34,661 bases of DNA from Anaerococcus sp. (GCA_052105355.1 JBQDYR010000001.1:1-34661); one strand, 5' to 3'. Shown: positions 1-9,241, counted from the stretch's first letter. Made by a program: numbers and translations. Notes: generated by a model not told the origin, from the sequence alone.

Positions 1-747
1 CATCCCTATTAATTTTTCCATAAACATTATAAAAGAATGTGGTAATATTTTAGATAAGAATTTTAATATGCTTGAAACGGGGTGGGTCGTTACTAGGTCT
101 TTTCTGTGACATAGACGTAAAGTTTTTGCTACCATTTTTTCTAGGTTTTCAACTCCTATAGATTTTATCTTGTTTGTTCCTTGTGTACTTGAATTATTGA
201 AAAATTCTGTATTTACTGGATTTGGACACAAGGCACACACATTAATACCTAAAGGTTTTAATTCCCTATTTAAAGCTCTAGAAAATGATAAGACATAAGA
301 CTTACTTGCAGCATAGGTTGCAAATTTTGGTTGTGGAATAAAGGCAGCTACAGAGGATATATTTATAATAGCTGAATTTTTCTCCATATAGTCTATACAA
401 ATAGAACATATTTTACTTAGAGCCTCACAGTTAAGTCTTAAAGTTTCTTCTGTTTTATAAATATCCTGATAAGAAAAATAATCTGAATAGCCTAAACCTG
501 CAGAATTTACCAAAAGTCCAATTTTGGGCTTTAAACTTTTTAAAAGTTTTTCTAATATAAGAAAAGATTCTTCTTCTAACAAGTCTATATCTAAGATTTT
601 AACCTTAGTTTTTAAAGATTTTTGGAGTTCTACTAATCTATCTTTCCTTCTAGCTATAATCCAAATTTCTTTGTATCCTTTGTTATCAACTTGCTTTGCA
701 AATTCATTTCCTATACCAGATGAAGCTCCAGTTATAATGGCTATCAT
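1..747 (-). CDS. Short-chain dehydrogenase/reductase (SDR); 3' end runs off the window edge; absent from the ORF track
   Basis: Manual translation from ATG at 747: MIAIITGASSGIGNEFAK (TGxxxGxG), LLVNSAG, INISS, YAASK (YxxxK). Frame open for 249 codons to position 1. ATGA overlap with the pncB stop. Confidence 0.93.
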   Translation of the reverse strand, partial: MIAIITGASSGIGNEFAKQVDNKGYKEIWIIARRKDRLVELQKSLKTKVKILDIDLLEEESFLILEKLLKSLKPKIGLLVNSAGLGYSDYFSYQDIYKTEETLRLNCEALSKICSICIDYMEKNSAIINISSVAAFIPQPKFATYAASKSYVLSFSRALNRELKPLGINVCALCPNPVNTEFFNNSSTQGTNKIKSIGVENLEKMVAKTLRLCHRKDLVTTHPVSSILKFLSKILPHSFIMFMEKLIGM

Positions 748-2198
748 TTAGATTTTCCTTCAAGTATTAACTCTTGTTTCAAGTTCCATAATTCATGAGA
801 AAGATCTACATAATAGTTGTGGGGTTGATCAAATCTTTTTACTTCATCCCATAAAGATTTTACTTCACTCTTACAGTATTCATTAATTTTATCTATGGAT
901 GGTGATTCGTAAACTTTTTTACCATTTAAGAAAATAGGTACTTGCATAGGGCGAAGTGTGTAGTTTTCCATCCTCTTCATTTTCCAAGTAAAATGTGGAT
1001 CAAATATTACTAGTGGTTGACTTTCATCTATTTTTTCATCTTCTAGGGTAATATAATCTGCCTCCGCCTTACCAGTTTCCTTGTCATAAATTCTGTAAAC
1101 ATTTTTAAATCCTGGTGTAGTTATTTTTTCTACATTGTCAGAAATCTTAATTTTTGGAATAATTTCACTATCTTTACTTTTTTGAATAGCAACAAGTTTA
1201 TAAACTCCACCAAATACAGGGTCAGACTTAGCTGTTATTAGTCTTTCTCCTATACCAAAAGCATCTATTTTTGCATCTTGAGATTTAAGTGAGTCTATAG
1301 AATACTCATCAAGAGAGTTTGAAGCAACAATTTTAGTCTCTTTTAAACCTGCTTGATCAAGCATTTTTCTAGCTTCTTTTGAAAGATAAGCTAAATCTCC
1401 TGAGTCAATTCTTATAGATGAGCTTGATAAGAAACCTTTTGGTTCTATAATTTCTTTTAATATCTTTATGGCGTTAGGTATACCAGAACTTAATGTGTCA
1501 TAAGTATCTACTAAAAGCGAGCAGTTTTCTGGATAATTTTCTGCAAATACTTTAAAGGCTTCGTATTCTGAATCAAAAGATTGAATCCAAGAATGGGCCA
1601 TAGTTCCTCCAACAGGAATATTGTATTTTTTACCACTTAATGTGTTAGAAGTAAGGGGTGCCCCTCCTATATATGCTGCCCTTGCCCCTTTTATAGAAGC
1701 ATCAGGTCCTTGAGCACGTCTTGCTCCAAATTCCATAACAAGTCTTCCTTCAGCTGCTCTGACAATCCTATTAGTTTTAGTTGCCACTAGAGAATTAAAA
1801 TTCATAGAAAGAAGAAGGTATGTTTCTATAATTTGCGCTTCAATTATTGGAGCCCTAACTGTAAGTATTGGTTCTCCAGGAAACATCACAGATCCTTCCT
1901 TAAAAGCCCAAATATCTCCAGTAAATTTAAAGGTTTTTAAGTATTCTAAAAAGTTTTCTGAAAAGTTAGAGTTTTCTCTTAAAAAATTTATATCTTCATC
2001 TGTAAAATGGATATTTTCGACATAGTCAATTATATCTTCTAGACCTGAAAATATTGAAAAACCTGCGTTATCTGGGTTGCTTCTGTAGAAAGCATCAAAA
2101 ACTGCTATAGTATCTTTCATTCCTTGGTTAAAATATCCATTTGCCATTGTAAATTCATAAAAATCTGAAAGCATGGATAAGTTTCTTATTTCTGTCAT
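744..2198 (-). CDS. pncB: Nicotinate phosphoribosyltransferase
   Basis: Motifs SDFYEFTM, EFGARRAQG, GTMAHS, LVDTYDT, IRIDSGD, ASNSLDE, FGGVYKL; 484 aa; SD AAGGAAGG upstream. Confidence 0.96.
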   Translation of the reverse strand: MTEIRNLSMLSDFYEFTMANGYFNQGMKDTIAVFDAFYRSNPDNAGFSIFSGLEDIIDYVENIHFTDEDINFLRENSNFSENFLEYLKTFKFTGDIWAFKEGSVMFPGEPILTVRAPIIEAQIIETYLLLSMNFNSLVATKTNRIVRAAEGRLVMEFGARRAQGPDASIKGARAAYIGGAPLTSNTLSGKKYNIPVGGTMAHSWIQSFDSEYEAFKVFAENYPENCSLLVDTYDTLSSGIPNAIKILKEIIEPKGFLSSSSIRIDSGDLAYLSKEARKMLDQAGLKETKIVASNSLDEYSIDSLKSQDAKIDAFGIGERLITAKSDPVFGGVYKLVAIQKSKDSEIIPKIKISDNVEKITTPGFKNVYRIYDKETGKAEADYITLEDEKIDESQPLVIFDPHFTWKMKRMENYTLRPMQVPIFLNGKKVYESPSIDKINEYCKSEVKSLWDEVKRFDQPHNYYVDLSHELWNLKQELILEGKSK

Positions 2199-2335
2199 AA
2201 AATCCTTCCTTAAAATTGTACATAATAGACATAATAATAGTACATAGATTGTTTATATTATACCTTATGGGAAGGAAGATGCATGGATAAACTTTTGTAA
2301 ATCTTTGAAAAAAATTTTCTATCTTCTTAAGAATA

Positions 2336-2364
2336 TGTACAATTTTTTATGTTTTTGTTATAAT
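2336..2364 (+). promoter_or_regulatory. Putative sigma-A promoter of the HAD-sda operon
   Basis: TGTACA, 17 bp spacer, TATAAT with extended TG (TGtTATAAT at 2356-2364). Confidence 0.55.
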
Positions 2365-2394
2365 GAAATTAGATAGATCAGCAAAGGAGTAATA

Positions 2395-3042
2395 ATGTAT
2401 ATTTTTGATATTGATGGAACCTTGTTATACACAATAGACTCTATTTTATATTATATTAATAAGGCTTTTTCCGATTTTGGACTAGGTCAAATTCCAAAAG
2501 ATGAAGTAAGAAGAAATGTTGGTAATGGACCTTACGTTTTGGTAAATAAGTGTTTGAAGTACTTAAATATAGAGGATGAAAATCTTTGTCAAAAGGTTTT
2601 AGATCGTTATAATAAAATTTATGATGATAATCCTTCATATTTGACCAAACCTTATTCTGGAATAAAAGATGAGCTAGAGAAAATAAAATCAAGAGGAGAA
2701 ACTTTGGTGGCCTTTTCAAATAAACCTGATTACACCTGTAAAAAGGTTCTTAAGGAAATTTGGGGTGAAGATTATTTTGATATGATTGTGGGCTTTAGTG
2801 AAAATATTGAGAGAAAACCATCTCCTGAAGGTTTATATATAATTAGCCAAAGATTTAATGAAAAGATGAGCAATATAGTATATTTTGGTGATAGTGAAGT
2901 TGATATAAAGTGTGGTAGGAATGCTGGTGTATTTACAGTGGCATGTAGCTGGGGTTTTAGAGATAGAGATTTTCTTTTAGAATTAAAGCCAGATGCCATA
3001 ATTGATAAACCAGAAGAGATTAATTCTATAAGGAGAATATGA
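2395..3042 (+). CDS. HAD-family hydrolase (phosphoglycolate phosphatase-like)
   Basis: Motif I FDIDGTL, motif II SN, KPSP, GDSEVD; SD AAGGAG. Confidence 0.9.
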   Translation: MYIFDIDGTLLYTIDSILYYINKAFSDFGLGQIPKDEVRRNVGNGPYVLVNKCLKYLNIEDENLCQKVLDRYNKIYDDNPSYLTKPYSGIKDELEKIKSRGETLVAFSNKPDYTCKKVLKEIWGEDYFDMIVGFSENIERKPSPEGLYIISQRFNEKMSNIVYFGDSEVDIKCGRNAGVFTVACSWGFRDRDFLLELKPDAIIDKPEEINSIRRI

Positions 3043-3698
3043 TGCCAAATTTATCAGTTTTTGATATAGTAGGTCCAATTATGATAGGGCCTTCTAGTTC
3101 GCACACTGCTGGAGCTAACAAGATTGCAAATATTGCAAGAAATATAGCCGGTGAAGGTTTTAATAGGGTGGATTTTTACTTACATGGTTCTTTTGCAAAA
3201 ACTTTAAAAGGACATGGTACTGATAAAGCTCTTGTCGGTGGAGTTTTAGGCTATGGTCCAGAAGATCAAAGATTAAAAAATTCTTTTGAACTTGCAAAAG
3301 AACAAGGTATGGAGTTTGAATTCCATTCAGAGGATTTGGGAAATGTACATCCAAATACAGTAAAAATACTTATGACATATCCTGATGGATCTAGCTTTGA
3401 TGTTCAAGGATCATCAATTGGTGGTGGAAATATCAAGATTAATAAGATTTATGGTAATGATGTTGAATATTCAGGGAAAAACCCTACACTTATTGCTACA
3501 TATAAGGAGCAAAAGGGTATCATAGCCTTTATCTCATCCATTCTATATGATGAAGGATACAATATCTTTAATATGAAGACAATAAAAGATAATAACAAAG
3601 TTATGCTTGTTACTGAGCTAGATCAAGGATTGAGAAAAGATGTCTATGACCAAATAAAGAACGGTAAAGATTTCACATTTATAAAGTATTTGGGGTGA
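3039..3698 (+). CDS. sdaAB: L-serine dehydratase, Fe-S dependent, beta subunit
   Basis: GPIMIGPSSSHTAGA, GSFAKT..GHGTD, HPNT, SIGGG and an ACT-like C-terminus; ATGA overlap with the HAD gene. Confidence 0.95.
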   Translation: MMPNLSVFDIVGPIMIGPSSSHTAGANKIANIARNIAGEGFNRVDFYLHGSFAKTLKGHGTDKALVGGVLGYGPEDQRLKNSFELAKEQGMEFEFHSEDLGNVHPNTVKILMTYPDGSSFDVQGSSIGGGNIKINKIYGNDVEYSGKNPTLIATYKEQKGIIAFISSILYDEGYNIFNMKTIKDNNKVMLVTELDQGLRKDVYDQIKNGKDFTFIKYLG

Positions 3699-3704
3699 TA
3701 AATT

Positions 3705-4580
3705 ATGAAAACAACAATGGAATCCATAAAAGAAAGATGCAAAAATGAAAATAAAGAAATCTGGGAAGTTGCTTTAGATGATGAAATGTATCTATCGAAA
3801 AAAAGCAAGGAAGAAGTTTTTGAAAGACTTCAAAGATCTCTTGATGTTATGAAAAAATCTGCTACTGCTGCACTTGATAAAGACGTTAGGTCTATGACGG
3901 GTATGAGTGGTGGAAATGCCAAAGTAATGAATGATTACTTTCTATCAAATGATACAATTTTAGGAGATATAGCTACAAATGCTATGGCTATGGCTTTTTC
4001 TACTTCAGAAGTCAATGCTTCTATGGGTAGGATAGTTGCAGCTCCAACAGCAGGTTCTGCAGGAATTCTTCCAGCAACCCTAATGGCTATGTATAACAAA
4101 TATAAATACTCAGATGAACAGTTAAATAAAGCAATCCTTGTAGCTAGTGAAATAGGACAAGTAATAGCAGACTCAGCTACATTTGCAGGAGCTGAAGGAG
4201 GTTGTCAAGCAGAATGTGGCTCTGCATCAGCTATGGCAGCTTCAGCAATTTGTTATCTTAGAGGTGCAGATGTACAAACTCAAGAAAACGCTGCATCAAT
4301 TGCTTTACTGATAGTTTTAGGCTTGGTATGTGATCCGATAGGTGGAATGGTAGAGTTTCCTTGTAACTTAAGAAATGCCTCAGGTGTAATTAATGCAATG
4401 GCAGCTGCAGATATGGCAATGGCTGGAGTTCAGATGTTTGTAGGCTTTGATGAATGTGTTGCAGCTATGAAAGAAGTTGGAGATGCTATGCCAACAACCC
4501 TTAGAGAAACTGGTGATGGAGGGATAGCAGTTTGTGAATCAGCCCTAAGGCTTAAGGCGAAATATATAGATAATAAATAA
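3705..4580 (+). CDS. sdaAA: L-serine dehydratase, Fe-S dependent, alpha subunit
   Basis: EVNASMGRIVAAPTAGSAG, GAEGGCQAECG, GLVCDP, FPC (three Fe-S Cys), LRETGDGG. Confidence 0.95.
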   Translation: MKTTMESIKERCKNENKEIWEVALDDEMYLSKKSKEEVFERLQRSLDVMKKSATAALDKDVRSMTGMSGGNAKVMNDYFLSNDTILGDIATNAMAMAFSTSEVNASMGRIVAAPTAGSAGILPATLMAMYNKYKYSDEQLNKAILVASEIGQVIADSATFAGAEGGCQAECGSASAMAASAICYLRGADVQTQENAASIALLIVLGLVCDPIGGMVEFPCNLRNASGVINAMAAADMAMAGVQMFVGFDECVAAMKEVGDAMPTTLRETGDGGIAVCESALRLKAKYIDNK

Positions 4581-4642
4581 GTATAAGAAAACACTTCCTT
4601 TAGAAAATATTGAAATTTCAATATTTAAATAAGAATATTCAT

Positions 4643-4671
4643 TTGATTTTTCTAAGGACTAGTGGTATGCT
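4643..4671 (+). promoter_or_regulatory. Putative sigma-A promoter for the PTS IIB gene
   Basis: TTGATT (4643-4648), 17 bp spacer, TATGCT (4666-4671) with extended TG. Confidence 0.55.
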
Positions 4672-4699
4672 AACCTTAATCAGAAAAGAAGGTGTTATC

Positions 4700-5179
4700 G
4701 TGAAAGATATAAAACTTGCAAGAATAGATTCAAGGTTAAGTCATGGAAAAGTAGTTTCCTATTGGACAGATTTTTTAAAAGTTAAAACAGTAATAATAGC
4801 CAACGATAGAGTGGCAAATGATGATTTTGAACAAACTGTAATGGACCTTACTATACCAAAAGAAATAAATGCCCATTACCTAGGACTTGATGAAGTAAAA
4901 AAATATATAGAAAAAAATAAAAATGAAGAGATTTTCTTGATTGTAGAAAGTCCAAGAGACTTAGATCAAATAATAAACCAAGATATAAAAATAGAAAAGG
5001 TGAATATTGGAATAATTCATCTAAGTCAAGGCAAAAAACTTCTTACAGAAGAAGTAGCAGTAGATAAAAAAGATTTAGATATTTTTTCAAATCTAGTTTC
5101 AAAAGGAACGGAAATCTCTGTTCAACTTACTCCTTTTGCTTGTAAAAGAGACTTGAGTGATTTTTTTATAGAAGTTTAA
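4700..5179 (+). CDS. PTS mannose/fructose/sorbose-class IIB component, stand-alone
   Basis: RIDSRLSHGKV resembles RIDxRLIHGQV with the phospho-His kept; IIAND, KVNIG. Start moved from TTG 4610 to GTG 4700, after GAAGGTG, giving 159 aa, typical for a IIB domain. Confidence 0.85.
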   Translation: MKDIKLARIDSRLSHGKVVSYWTDFLKVKTVIIANDRVANDDFEQTVMDLTIPKEINAHYLGLDEVKKYIEKNKNEEIFLIVESPRDLDQIINQDIKIEKVNIGIIHLSQGKKLLTEEVAVDKKDLDIFSNLVSKGTEISVQLTPFACKRDLSDFFIEV

Positions 5180-5191
5180 ATAAAAAATAAA

Positions 5192-5236
5192 AAGAGGCTA
5201 TTGCAGAATATATTATTAATTCTGTAATAGTCTCTT
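5192..5236. terminator. Long hairpin, probable bidirectional terminator between convergent genes
   Basis: aagaggctattgcagaat / attctgtaatagtctctt, an 18 bp stem with G-U pairs, flanked by A-rich and T-rich tracts. Confidence 0.8.
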
Positions 5237-5241
5237 ATGTT

Positions 5242-5592
5242 TTATTTATCTTCCAAATGAAATTTTCTTCTCATTATTATCTTAACTAAAATAAATAAAA
5301 GAATAAAATATAGTATGAAAAAGCTTATTAAAACTATGGTGAGATATGATCTTTTAAAACCTATATATAAAAGAATTGGATAGATAATGGCAAAAAATAT
5401 CAAACCAAGTATTATAGCAAGACTTGAAGCAAGTTTGTTACCATAGTTCCAAGTTTTTTTAGAATAACAAACTTCCCAAATATGAAAACCTACGGACATA
5501 TCTGGAAATGATGAATGAAAGTACCTGAAAAATACTCCTACATATATTGAAAAAAATAAAAGCATTAAATCGCCAACTATTAAAGATCCCAT
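5242..5592 (-). CDS. Small membrane protein, SdpI/YfhL-like
   Basis: About three hydrophobic segments; VGFHIWEVCYSKKTWNYGN resembles the SdpI G[YI]R..S...W..AN pattern; SD GAGGT. Confidence 0.55.
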   Translation of the reverse strand: MGSLIVGDLMLLFFSIYVGVFFRYFHSSFPDMSVGFHIWEVCYSKKTWNYGNKLASSLAIILGLIFFAIIYPILLYIGFKRSYLTIVLISFFILYFILLFILVKIIMRRKFHLEDK

Positions 5593-5617
5593 TTTTACCT
5601 CGTTTCTATATCAATTG

Positions 5618-5640
5618 ATTATACCATAATTTGGTATATT
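5618..5640. promoter_or_regulatory. Back-to-back extended -10 elements of divergent promoters
   Basis: Minus strand TGGTATAAT (5626-5618) and plus strand TGGTATATT (5632-5640), forming the inverted repeat TATACCA-N5-TGGTATA. Confidence 0.45.
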
Positions 5641-5716
5641 TGTATTAATTAAAAAATTATTGTAAGATTTATTTAGATTTAATAGAAGTACCCTATTATG
5701 ATATGAGGAGGTGCTT

Positions 5717-6844
5717 ATGAAAATATTACTTACAAGTGACTGGTACTATCCTGTTGTAAATGGTGTAGTACGTTCTATTTTGAATTTGAAGAAATACTTG
5801 GAAGATAAGGGTCATGAAGTTAAGGTTTTGACTCTATCAAATTCTAGAAAAACATATAAAGAAAATCAAATATATTATATAGGAAGTTTATCTGTAGGAA
5901 GGATCTATCCTGAAGCAAGGATTAGCCCGCTTCTTAGAAATAGAGAAATATTAGAACTTATAAATTGGAAGCCTGATTTGATTCATAGTCAGTGTGAATT
6001 TTCAACCTTTATTATGGCAAAGAAAATTGCAAGAAAAACCAATGCACCCTTAGTCCATACCTATCATACAATATATGAGGACTACACTCATTATTTTTCT
6101 CCTTCAAAAAAGGTTGGTAAAAAAATCATATCAACTTTATCAAGGAATGTAGCAAATAGAGTAGATAATGTTATAGTTCCATCAGTAAAAACAAAAGATA
6201 TTTTACTAACTTATGGTATAAGAAAAGATAAAATAATAAAAATACCTACGGGGATTGAAATTCCTGAAATTTTAGATAGAAATATTTTAAGAAAAAAATA
6301 TGGATTTAATTTAGATGATAGAATAATGATTTATATAGGAAGACTTGCTGAAGAGAAGAATATAGAAGAACTTATAGATTTTTACCAAGAATTAGATATA
6401 GATAAACTTAAATTTTTAATAGTTGGTGGAGGACCTTACCTAAATAAGTTAAAAGCTTATTCAAAAAAAATTGATAAAAAAATCGAGTTTATTGGTCAAG
6501 TAGATCCAAAGTTAGTAAATAAATACTACCAAATTTCAGATGTTTTCGTATCAGCAAGTAAAAGTGAGACACAAGGTCTTACTTACTATGAAAGTCTTTC
6601 TAATGGAAGGATTGCTCTTTGTAGGAAAGACTTATGTTTGAAAAATGTTATAGAAAATGATTTTAATGGCTTTCAATATGAAAGCTTTGAAGAATTTAAA
6701 AAATTCTTAGGAGAAATTTTTTCTGATATTAAAAAGAAAAAAGAAATGGAAGAAAATGCAAGAAATTTTGCTTTAGAAAACTTCTCTATAGAATCTTTTG
6801 GAAAAAAATGTGAAAAACTTTATGAAAGTTTATATCATATTTAA
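5717..6844 (+). CDS. GT4 glycosyltransferase (1,2-diacylglycerol 3-glucosyltransferase-like)
   Basis: SDWYYPVVNGV, HTYHTIYEDY, GRLAEEKN, ETQGLTYYE (EX7E). ATG 5717 follows GAGGAGG. Confidence 0.9.
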   Translation: MKILLTSDWYYPVVNGVVRSILNLKKYLEDKGHEVKVLTLSNSRKTYKENQIYYIGSLSVGRIYPEARISPLLRNREILELINWKPDLIHSQCEFSTFIMAKKIARKTNAPLVHTYHTIYEDYTHYFSPSKKVGKKIISTLSRNVANRVDNVIVPSVKTKDILLTYGIRKDKIIKIPTGIEIPEILDRNILRKKYGFNLDDRIMIYIGRLAEEKNIEELIDFYQELDIDKLKFLIVGGGPYLNKLKAYSKKIDKKIEFIGQVDPKLVNKYYQISDVFVSASKSETQGLTYYESLSNGRIALCRKDLCLKNVIENDFNGFQYESFEEFKKFLGEIFSDIKKKKEMEENARNFALENFSIESFGKKCEKLYESLYHI

Positions 6845-6854
6845 GGAGGAAAAA

Positions 6855-7544
6855 TTGCGAAGTATACTTAAATTTTTATTTTTAACTTTTGTTATAATTT
6901 TTATCCCCACAGTAGTTATGTTAATAATAAGTACTTTTGGTTCAACAACAATATTTTTATTTATAGGACAAGCCATAGTTATTTTAGCTCTTATGGGCTT
7001 TTTCTTAGTCTACTTAAAAAAAGAAAGAGCATATGAGAAGGATACTCTGGATAAAATAGAACATGAAAATGATCTAGTTAAGCTTAGAGAACTTAGGGAT
7101 GAGAAAATTTCATATAAGTCAAAGGCGGAAATAACTAAAAAAATTCTATCGTTAGAATATTCTGAAAAAGAGATGAAACTTCTTAAAAAATATGCTGTAA
7201 AAAAAGAAGACATGGATTTTTATTATGCAAAGCTTATAAAAGAAAACAGAGACAAAAGAGAAGAGAATAAACTCAGACGTGATAATTTTAATAAAAGATA
7301 TGCTAAAAAAAGATATGTTTATGTGGACTTTAAAGAAGTTTTTATTACGGCCATAAAGTGGACCTTGGTTTTTGCTGTATTTTCAGGTCTTGCTATATCT
7401 AAAATCCACTACAAACTATTCGACCCATATATAGCTTATGCTATAGCCATGATATTATTTATTATATCTGCATTTTTGACTATAAATACTATTATTTGGA
7501 TTATAAGGGCGATGAAAGCCTACTGGATAAAGGAATATATTTAA
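6855..7544 (+). CDS. Hypothetical membrane protein (2 TM, charged loop, 2 TM)
   Basis: Hydrophobic pairs at both termini; start moved to TTG 6855 after a strong AAGGAGG SD. Confidence 0.75.
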   Translation: MRSILKFLFLTFVIIFIPTVVMLIISTFGSTTIFLFIGQAIVILALMGFFLVYLKKERAYEKDTLDKIEHENDLVKLRELRDEKISYKSKAEITKKILSLEYSEKEMKLLKKYAVKKEDMDFYYAKLIKENRDKREENKLRRDNFNKRYAKKRYVYVDFKEVFITAIKWTLVFAVFSGLAISKIHYKLFDPYIAYAIAMILFIISAFLTINTIIWIIRAMKAYWIKEYI

Positions 7545-7568
7545 AATTAAAAATTGATTTAAAATTTT

Positions 7569-7588
7569 GAGGCGGAAGCCTCTTTTTT
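7569..7588 (+). terminator. Rho-independent terminator
   Basis: GAGGC-GGAA-GCCTC followed by TTTTTT. Confidence 0.8.
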
Positions 7589-7672
7589 ATTTCAAAAAAT
7601 ACTTTTTTTTAAAATAGAAATTAATAATCTTTAATAATTGGCATAAAAATATAAGGAAAGTTAAAACAAAAC

Positions 7673-7700
7673 TTTACAAATTTAAAAAACATGGTATACT
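7673..7700 (+). promoter_or_regulatory. Putative sigma-A promoter of the DUF2089-DUF4097 operon
   Basis: TTTACA, 16 bp spacer, TATACT with extended TG; AAGGAGGT SD downstream. Confidence 0.55.
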
Positions 7701-7719
7701 AAAATCAAAAGGAGGTCTT

Positions 7720-8076
7720 ATGATTAATAAATGTCCAAATTGTGGTAATGATTTAGTTATCACTTCTTATAAATGTAACTCATGTAAAACAGAGATATCA
7801 GGTGAGTTTGAAATGGATAAGTTTCAAAGGCTAGACCAAGAAGATAAAGAATTTATAGAACTCTTTTTAATAAAAAGAGGATCAATCAAAGAAGTTGGGG
7901 AAGAACTTTCTATCTCATACCCAACTGTAAGAAATAGAATAGATAAAATTGTTAAAAAATTAGGAAGAAAAATAGATAAAAAAGAGTCGAGGATAGATAT
8001 TTTAAATATGCTTGACAATGGAGACATAACAGCAGATCAAGCAAGAGAATTGTTAAAGGAGATTCAAGATGAATGA
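7720..8076 (+). CDS. DUF2089-family protein (Zn ribbon + HTH + SHOCT-like tail), putative regulator
   Basis: CPNC..CNSC; GSIKEVGEELSISYPTVRNRIDK (HTH); ILNMLDNGDITADQARELL. Confidence 0.85.
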   Translation: MINKCPNCGNDLVITSYKCNSCKTEISGEFEMDKFQRLDQEDKEFIELFLIKRGSIKEVGEELSISYPTVRNRIDKIVKKLGRKIDKKESRIDILNMLDNGDITADQARELLKEIQDE

Positions 8077-9133
8077 AGAAAGACAAATGATTTTAGAAAT
8101 GCTAAAAGAAGGAAAGATAAATGTTGATCAGGCAAGTGAACTTTTAGAAGCTCTAGGTTCAGATAAGTCAAATAAAAATGAGGATAGTCTTATAGATAAA
8201 CTAAGTTCTTCATTAGAAAAAGTTATCAAAAAAACTAGTGAAACTATTTCAAATATAGATTTTGACTCTATGACTAATCCAAATAATCTTTATCATATCA
8301 ACTCTATTTCTGTGGAAGATGAAACAAGAATTGATGACGAAATTAAAGAAATAGAAATAAATCTTATAAATGGAAATATAGGAATTGAAAGAGCTCAAGA
8401 TAACTTTATCACTGCCAAACAAAAGGTATACTTCAAAGAAAAGATAGAAGAAGTAACAGACTATCTTTTAATAGATGTAGAAGAAGGAAAACTTTCTGTA
8501 AAAGTTAATCCTGAATACAAGAATCTTCATGCTTCTGCAAATGTTAATTTATTTTTAGGATCAAATACTTATGATGACCTATCAATAAATACTGTAAATG
8601 GTGAGATAGAAGTTTGTGATGTAGACTTTACAAAATCCTTTATAGAAAGCGTAAATGGAAGAATTTCTTTAATTAACTCTGCAGGTGATGTAGAAGTTAA
8701 GAATGTAAATGGAAAAATCGAAATAAAAAATACTAATGGTAGATTAGATGTTGATAATGTAAATGGTTCAATTTATTTAACCAATATTTCAGGAAGTGAA
8801 ACTACAATAACTGCAGTTAATGGATCTATAAGGGTTGATGGAACAAATTCAGAAAGACTAAAGGTTAATTCTCAATCTGGATCTATAAGAGTAGGAAAAC
8901 TTTTAGGAATTTCTGATATTTCTCTAAATTCAGGTTTTGGTAGTCTTGTTGTTGATACAGAAGATTATAAGGGAGAAATATCTGCTGTAATCAAATCAAC
9001 TAATCATTCGATTTCTGATAAATTTAAGAATAAAATTCAAAGAAAAGAAGGATATCAAATTTCTACTGATCCTGAAAAAACTGACTTGTCGATGGATCTT
9101 AAGGCAGGATTTGGTAAAATAATAGTAAAATAA
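8069..9133 (+). CDS. DUF4097 beta-repeat protein with YvlB/LiaX-like SHOCT N-terminus
   Basis: N-terminal EERQMILEMLKEGKINVDQASELLEAL; repeated VNGxI units (TVNGEI, SVNGRI, NVNGKI, NVNGSI, AVNGSI). Confidence 0.85.
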   Translation: MNEERQMILEMLKEGKINVDQASELLEALGSDKSNKNEDSLIDKLSSSLEKVIKKTSETISNIDFDSMTNPNNLYHINSISVEDETRIDDEIKEIEINLINGNIGIERAQDNFITAKQKVYFKEKIEEVTDYLLIDVEEGKLSVKVNPEYKNLHASANVNLFLGSNTYDDLSINTVNGEIEVCDVDFTKSFIESVNGRISLINSAGDVEVKNVNGKIEIKNTNGRLDVDNVNGSIYLTNISGSETTITAVNGSIRVDGTNSERLKVNSQSGSIRVGKLLGISDISLNSGFGSLVVDTEDYKGEISAVIKSTNHSISDKFKNKIQRKEGYQISTDPEKTDLSMDLKAGFGKIIVK

Positions 9134-9153
9134 TAAATAAAATACATTATGAT

Positions 9154-9187
9154 ACTTCCACAAGTTTTATATTTGTGGAAGTTTTTT
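9154..9187 (+). terminator. Rho-independent terminator
   Basis: ACTTCCACAA / TTGTGGAAGT stem followed by a T-tract. Confidence 0.8.
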
Positions 9188-9241
9188 CATATTTTAATGT
9201 ATCGAAACAATTTCCTTAGGCTTTGTTGTATTTATTTAAAT

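Noticed and set aside
524-751. 75 aa plus-strand ORF and the many other short ORFs overlapping real genes (e.g. 9439-9774, 10873-11205, 29068-29406, 33155-33475)
   Set aside because: Antisense or alternative-frame shadows of well-supported genes, with no recognisable motifs.
4610-4699. N-terminal extensions from the ORF track (PTS IIB at 4610, also 6798 and 11169)
   Set aside because: Downstream starts at 4700, 6855 and 11199 have better SD sequences and fit expected domain boundaries or avoid overlaps.
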